Part shown: one piece after another, positions 17,480-21,497 of the stretch
How positions within the stretch are numbered: position 1 is the stretch's first letter
How the letters are laid out: every line of letters starts with the position of its first letter
Source: Candidatus Omnitrophota bacterium
Lineage (GTDB): Bacteria; Omnitrophota; Omnitrophia; Omnitrophales; Aquincolibacteriaceae
Direction of reading: 5' to 3'
NCBI GenBank assembly: GCA_043803685.1
Contig: JAZDJU010000030.1
Location: 1-21,497 of the forward strand
Length of the DNA: 21,497 nucleotides
The notes under the pieces: generated by a model
Seen by the model: the letters and a program-made list of their open reading frames with translations, nothing else
Database searches by the model: none
Told to the model about the DNA's origin: nothing
Translations under genes and position numbers: made by a program

Positions 17480-17614
17480 AGAATAGTAATAGCCCCGCTA
17501 CTGCAAGTACTCGTTTATCCTGACCTTGATTGTCTTTTAACGAAGGGCAGTCAGGATTGCCCCGATTTCCGTTTCACTTCAATTGATAAGAATTGGGACT
17601 ATAGGAAGATAGCC

Positions 17615-17710
17615 CAGAAGATTGCGGAATTGCGGCATCTTAACATGACCTTTGCCGCCATTGCAAAAACTTTAAACTTCTCAAAGCAACGAGCGATAAT
17701 ACCGTTGCGA
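17615..17710 (+). repeat. Diverged direct repeat, copy R1 (HTH-like coding on +, promoter-like on -)
   Basis: 17615-17689 aligns ungapped with 21254-21328 at 62/75 nt (manual count); weaker similarity continues to ~17710. Translates QKIAELRHLNMTFAAIAKTLNFSKQRA. Confidence 0.9.
17637..17666 (-). promoter_or_regulatory. Putative sigma70 promoter within R1
   Basis: TTGCAA-18 nt-TAAGAT with TGn extended -10. Confidence 0.45.
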
Positions 17711-17730
17711 ATCTTGAACTCCCAGGGATG

Positions 17731-18108
17731 CTATCGTTTGCCCACGGCTTTCAATGCCGCTTGCTGCCGCATCAATTTTAAATTCTTAAGTTGCTCCTCC
17801 AATAACGGCTTGTACGTTTCCGCGGTCTTCTTAAGATCATTCTTGATCGACTCAGCGTGCTCCGCGCCCCAAGCGTCAGCGCCGGAATCCATCGCGTCCG
17901 CTTCGGCTATTTGCGCATCAAAGAGCTTGATGGATTCCTCAACCTTCGCGATCGAATCATCCAGCGTTTTCAAAACCTCTTGCGGGCTGGGCGCGGGCGG
18001 GTTGGCCGCCTCATCCGCGGCAGAGACCCCACCGACCTGAAGTTGCGTCATAAAAAAAAGGACGCCAAAAACAAATAATTTCATTATGCCCATGGGGGAC
18101 CTCATCAC
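17731..18108 (-). CDS. Small hypothetical secreted helical protein
   Basis: AAGGAG RBS before GTG/ATG (18108/18105). Signal-like N-terminus, Pro-rich linker, acidic coiled-coil body. Confidence 0.78.
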   Translation of the reverse strand: MMRSPMGIMKLFVFGVLFFMTQLQVGGVSAADEAANPPAPSPQEVLKTLDDSIAKVEESIKLFDAQIAEADAMDSGADAWGAEHAESIKNDLKKTAETYKPLLEEQLKNLKLMRQQAALKAVGKR

Positions 18109-18149
18109 GTTCTCCTTTTTTGAAATTGAAATCGCTGCTACTTTTTGTT

Positions 18150-20648
18150 TTATTTTGGCCAGTCCATAAACGCTTCAGGGTTTTGTACGACCGCCGTTTT
18201 ACCTTCAGGGAGGGAGATCGTAGTCCCGTTGATCAGCCGGCCCTGTCCGGCGCTGCCGTCAATGTTGAAACTAAAAACACCGTTCGGACCTCCGCTGAAT
18301 GTGCCGGTCCCCCCGTGCTTTTCTGTGACACCGTTCAGCGATGCGGTGTCCGTTATTTGTACGCTCACCCGATCATAGCCGGCCGCGTATTCTCCCAAAT
18401 TCCAGAAGCTAATGACGATCGACGTGGTAACAATGTTTTTATACTCCATAAAACTCGCGTCGGTCTCAAATTGGGCGACAGCCGTCACCCGGGAAGGCTT
18501 GACAGCCTCGAGTATTTTTTCGTTCCCCTTCGGAACCGGAGCTTCTTTAGCTGCCTCTTTGGGCTTGGGAAGCTCTTTTTGGGCTTCTTTTTCCTTGGCC
18601 TTTTTGCGCCTTGCTTTGGCGGCAGCCTCAGCCTCCGAGGATTTCCCCGCATTTTTCTTATCCAGAAGTTCTTCCAGTTTTTTCATCTTCGAAGCATCGC
18701 CATTGTCCGCCAGCGCGTCGGCGGCTTTTTGAGCGCCCTCCGGAGTCGCCCCTTTGGCGAGCAGGCGGTCCTTCACGCCCTGCTTGAAATCCTCCGTGGT
18801 CTGGCCGGCCTTTTTATTTTCCTGATAGGTCCCGACCGCATCCCCGATATTTTCTTTCGCCTGGCGCGCGACCTCGGCCGCGACTCCTTTCTCGGTCATG
18901 CCGATGGTGATCTCCCCGACATCCTGGACGGTTTCTTTTACGAACGTTCCTGCTTTCTCGGCGCTCTCAACCATGCCCTTCCCGACAGCCACGGTCCGCT
19001 CTCCCGCCGTGTCATCACCCTCCGGGGCCTTTTCGACGATCTTTTCAGGGGCCTTGATCCCCAGCTCTTTAAACTTATTTTCCAGCGCGGAATCATCGCC
19101 TTTTGCCTTGGCCTCCATGATCCGCGTTACTTCATCGCGACTCACGCCCGCTTCGCGCAGTTTCTTTTCCGCCTGCAGATCGTAGGCCGCTTCATTCTGC
19201 TTATTCGCGTTGGCGATCTGCTTCTGCGCCTCGGTCATGTCAGCATTTTTTTCGAGGCCCGTCTTGATCGCTCCATATTCGCCGGCCGTTATCATATTCG
19301 CCCCAGCTTCAATGACCCTGGTTGCCGCTCCTTTAAGGTCCCCTTTCTTAATATCTTCCTTGGTATCCTGCGCCGTCGACCCGATATCAATACCGATCAT
19401 GACGGTTCCGGCAGCCTTCACGGCCTTCGACTTAACACTTGTCGGTTCTACTTCCGCGCCCTTGACTTTGGCAGCTTCGGGTCCGTCGACCGGAGCATTC
19501 TTGACCATGGGTTCTGATGCAGTACCTGCAGTCTTTGTCATCTCGGGGGCTGTTCCTGACGGCTTGAGTTTCTGGGCGGCTTCAGCCTGGCCGGACGCTT
19601 TGCTGATCATGGATTCGGGCGTCTCTCCCATTTTTGCAAGCTCTGCCCGTGCCTGCTCCGGAGAAATTTTCCCCGCGCCTGCGTCGCGCACTATTTCCAT
19701 CCCTTTCTCAACCTGCGAGTGAACCTGCCCCCCCACGGCCTCGACACGCGGCTTGGTGATCTTGTCATACTGTTTCGACGCTTGCCGCATCTGCTCGGTC
19801 TCTTGCCTTATCGCTTCGGAAGCATTTCCCGCGGCCGCCGCATCCGCCGCCTTATTACGCGATAGGTTGCTTTTGTTCTCAATGGCATGCGTCAATTGCT
19901 CGGCATCGGTGAGTTTTTTTCCAGCATCCGGTTTAGCGGTCTTGGTACCAAGGATCTTCTCAGGCTCATTGTAGGCCTCGGTGCTTTTCCCGTGAGTCAC
20001 CTCAACCGCTTGTCGATGCGCGGCTGCGGCCGCGGCCTGTTCTGACGTCACGCCCGGAGCGCGCTTCCCGAATGTTTTCTCCCCGCCCGCGGCGTCATAG
20101 TAGGATTTCTCCACTACTTTCTGAGACTGAGTCGGTGGAACATCTTTCCCCTTCACTCGCACCGTCACATCCCAATCCTGGCCGCTCTTGGGTTTGGCCG
20201 ACGGATCTTTGTAGTTTGTCGGCTCGTAGATCTCAACATCTTTTTTTGTGATCCGCGGCTCGTTAGGATGCGTCTTGTTCCATTCCTTGGCCATGTTTTC
20301 ACGGATGTTCTCTTTGGCTCCGGACTTGATCTTCTCCGTCACCTGGTTGTGCGCCTCGATCAGATCGGTACGGCCGGCCTGGTTAAGCTTCTGAACGGCG
20401 ATAGGATCGGATTGCAGATTCAGAGCCGCCTTGCGGATCCGCTCGGGTTTTCCCGCTTTTACGGCGGTATCAAAGTCAGCGATCCGTTTGGCCGCTTCTG
20501 CCTGCGCGGTTTCCCACGCAGCCTGTTTGACAGGGTCAACATTCGTATCCAAAGCAAAAGCAACCCCTCGACTTAACGTCAACGAGAAAAAAATGGCTGC
20601 TACCGTAAAAATCATTATTTTTGAAGTTCTGCGAGAGCTCTTTTCCAT
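18150..20648 (-). CDS. Large (832 aa) hypothetical secreted protein
   Basis: ATG 20648 with GAGG RBS, 7 nt after the upstream gene's stop. Signal peptide ending AFA|LD; Ala/Lys/Glu-rich helical body; beta-rich C-terminal ~110 aa. Confidence 0.85.
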   Translation of the reverse strand: MEKSSRRTSKIMIFTVAAIFFSLTLSRGVAFALDTNVDPVKQAAWETAQAEAAKRIADFDTAVKAGKPERIRKAALNLQSDPIAVQKLNQAGRTDLIEAHNQVTEKIKSGAKENIRENMAKEWNKTHPNEPRITKKDVEIYEPTNYKDPSAKPKSGQDWDVTVRVKGKDVPPTQSQKVVEKSYYDAAGGEKTFGKRAPGVTSEQAAAAAAHRQAVEVTHGKSTEAYNEPEKILGTKTAKPDAGKKLTDAEQLTHAIENKSNLSRNKAADAAAAGNASEAIRQETEQMRQASKQYDKITKPRVEAVGGQVHSQVEKGMEIVRDAGAGKISPEQARAELAKMGETPESMISKASGQAEAAQKLKPSGTAPEMTKTAGTASEPMVKNAPVDGPEAAKVKGAEVEPTSVKSKAVKAAGTVMIGIDIGSTAQDTKEDIKKGDLKGAATRVIEAGANMITAGEYGAIKTGLEKNADMTEAQKQIANANKQNEAAYDLQAEKKLREAGVSRDEVTRIMEAKAKGDDSALENKFKELGIKAPEKIVEKAPEGDDTAGERTVAVGKGMVESAEKAGTFVKETVQDVGEITIGMTEKGVAAEVARQAKENIGDAVGTYQENKKAGQTTEDFKQGVKDRLLAKGATPEGAQKAADALADNGDASKMKKLEELLDKKNAGKSSEAEAAAKARRKKAKEKEAQKELPKPKEAAKEAPVPKGNEKILEAVKPSRVTAVAQFETDASFMEYKNIVTTSIVISFWNLGEYAAGYDRVSVQITDTASLNGVTEKHGGTGTFSGGPNGVFSFNIDGSAGQGRLINGTTISLPEGKTAVVQNPEAFMDWPK

Positions 20649-20655
20649 AGATCGT

Positions 20656-21237
20656 TTACCTCTTGAGTTTGGATTGGATGAGCGCGAGAACAGGCTCGAA
20701 ATTCTCTTTGTTGCAATAAAGACCGATCGGCTTGTTGCCGAACCCCTCGCGGACAAAAATGTACCGCATGCCTTTCCGCACTTTCACTTTCTTCAGGTTT
20801 TTCCACTCAATCGCTCCGTCCTGTTCGGATTTCGCGAGAAGTCCGGCCCCGGTCGTTACTGCGGAACCGGCAAGCACTCCCACAAGAGTCGCGGTATTCG
20901 CAACAGCCTTGGATCCCTTCCCGGATGTAAAATAGATGCCACGATCCGTGATCGCAAAACGAGCTGAGAACCCGCCTGCGAGATCCATCACGATCCCGGT
21001 CAGGACCCAGATCACGAAAAAAAATGCCAACAACACCCCCGAAAAAAGAAAGCCCCTGGCCACTCCCGCCGGAAAGCTCATAGCAATGCCCAGGATCAGC
21101 GCGGGAATGCCAAATCCTGCGAGGAAATTCCCCCACAGAACGGGGTTGAAGAGCATCTTGATACGATGATCCCACTGAAAAAGGACTTCTTCATTTTTTG
21201 AATCTACGACGGGTGTGAGCTTGGAATGATGCTCCAT
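20656..21237 (-). CDS. Hypothetical membrane protein (2 TM, Gly-rich hydrophobic segment, possible bacterial PH-like C-terminal domain)
   Basis: GGAG RBS before ATG 21237. Two TM helices, then FAITDRGIYF...IEWKNLKKVKV, a pattern reminiscent of bPH domains (inference). Confidence 0.8.
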   Translation of the reverse strand: MEHHSKLTPVVDSKNEEVLFQWDHRIKMLFNPVLWGNFLAGFGIPALILGIAMSFPAGVARGFLFSGVLLAFFFVIWVLTGIVMDLAGGFSARFAITDRGIYFTSGKGSKAVANTATLVGVLAGSAVTTGAGLLAKSEQDGAIEWKNLKKVKVRKGMRYIFVREGFGNKPIGLYCNKENFEPVLALIQSKLKR

Positions 21238-21253
21238 TTTTCTCTCCATCTCT

Positions 21254-21349
21254 CAGAAGGTTGCAGAGTTACGGCATCTTAGCATGCCCCTTGCCGCCAT
21301 TTCAAAAACTTTAAGCATCTCCAGGCAGATGGCAATGCTAGCATTTCGT
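21254..21349 (+). repeat. Diverged direct repeat, copy R2 (5'-truncated HTH-like reading frame ending at TAA 21368-21370)
   Basis: Translates QKVAELRHLSMPLAAISKTLSISRQMAMLAFRYVQSKT*; homologous to R1 at offset 3639 bp. Confidence 0.9.
21276..21305 (-). promoter_or_regulatory. Putative sigma70 promoter within R2, directly upstream of the three-gene block
   Basis: TTGAAA-18 nt-TAAGAT with TGn extended -10; the -10 element ends ~38 nt before ATG 21237. Confidence 0.55.
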
Positions 21350-21366
21350 TACGTCCAAAGCAAAAC

Positions 21367-21497
21367 CTAACGGGATTCCAACGCTTTGAGAAGCTGGGCC
21401 GTGGTGTAAACGCGCAGGGAAAGCTTTTCGAAATCCCGATCATTGGACCAGATAGGGACTTCCTCTTTCAGAGCTAAAGCCTCAAGTTGGACATCAT
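21367..21497 (-). CDS. PIN-domain (VapC-like) protein, C-terminal fragment (not in ORF track)
   Basis: Frame from 21495 gives DVQLEALALKEEVPIWSNDRDFEKLSLRVYTTAQLLKALESR*, matching the PIN C-terminal pattern D...ALA....IWSNDxDF...VYTT. Stop TAG at 21369-21367. Confidence 0.82.
   Translation of the reverse strand, partial: DVQLEALALKEEVPIWSNDRDFEKLSLRVYTTAQLLKALESR

Noticed and set aside
17426..17500. Intact tRNA gene suggested by GTTCGAAT
   Set aside because: No cloverleaf: D and anticodon arms are absent and the T-stem does not close canonically. Kept only as a hairpin or possible att scar.
17408..18040. 210-aa + strand ORF as a real full-length gene
   Set aside because: Its 3' half is the antisense shadow of 17731-18108; only the HTH-like part has independent support.
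18120..19517. 465-aa + strand ORF, and similar + strand ORFs across 131-10457 and 13420-20967
   Set aside because: Antisense to well-supported minus-strand genes, with no recognisable motifs and composition typical of shadow frames.
20649..20756. Longer N-termini from the ORF track (also starts at 8102, 10751, 15431, 352, 21249)
   Set aside because: They overlap upstream genes or lack an RBS; downstream starts have an RBS, translational coupling or signal peptides.
21365..21492. Possible integron attC: ACCTAAC (RYYYAAC) ... GTTGGAC (GTTRRRY), 128 bp span
   Set aside because: No complementary L boxes or internal palindrome, and the span lies inside the PIN coding frame; likely chance.
1..21497. 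CRISPR array or rRNA genes
   Set aside because: No regularly spaced short repeats and no rRNA-like sequence; the window is almost fully protein-coding.

Overview
Bacterial genomic window, almost entirely coded on the minus strand, in three parts. (1) 1-10037: a complete Wsp/Frz-like (alternative cellular function type) chemosensory cluster: cheR-TPR, cheW, cheW, Cache-domain MCP, cheA-REC, cheB, a REC-histidine kinase and two paralogous receiver genes. The last receiver gene is cut by an IS30-family element whose right end occupies 1-~141. (2) 10260-17337: backbone-type genes: secreted helical protein, M48 peptidase, LssY-C lipoprotein, cold-shock protein with a promoter-terminator leader, mnmA, polysaccharide deacetylase, GT4 glycosyltransferase, mscL with a Cys-rich tail, and a lipoprotein. 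(3) 17400-21497: an accessory-looking segment. A three-gene block of unknown function (membrane protein, 832-aa secreted protein, small secreted protein) sits between two diverged direct repeats (62/75 nt identical, 3639 bp apart). Each repeat encodes an HTH-like peptide on the + strand, carries a sigma70-like promoter on the - strand, and has the stop codon of the preceding minus-strand gene at nearly the same offset. A PIN-domain toxin-like gene fragment ends the window. This repeat-delimited, cassette-like architecture is the best candidate for an undescribed system. All family assignments come from motif recognition only; no searches were run.
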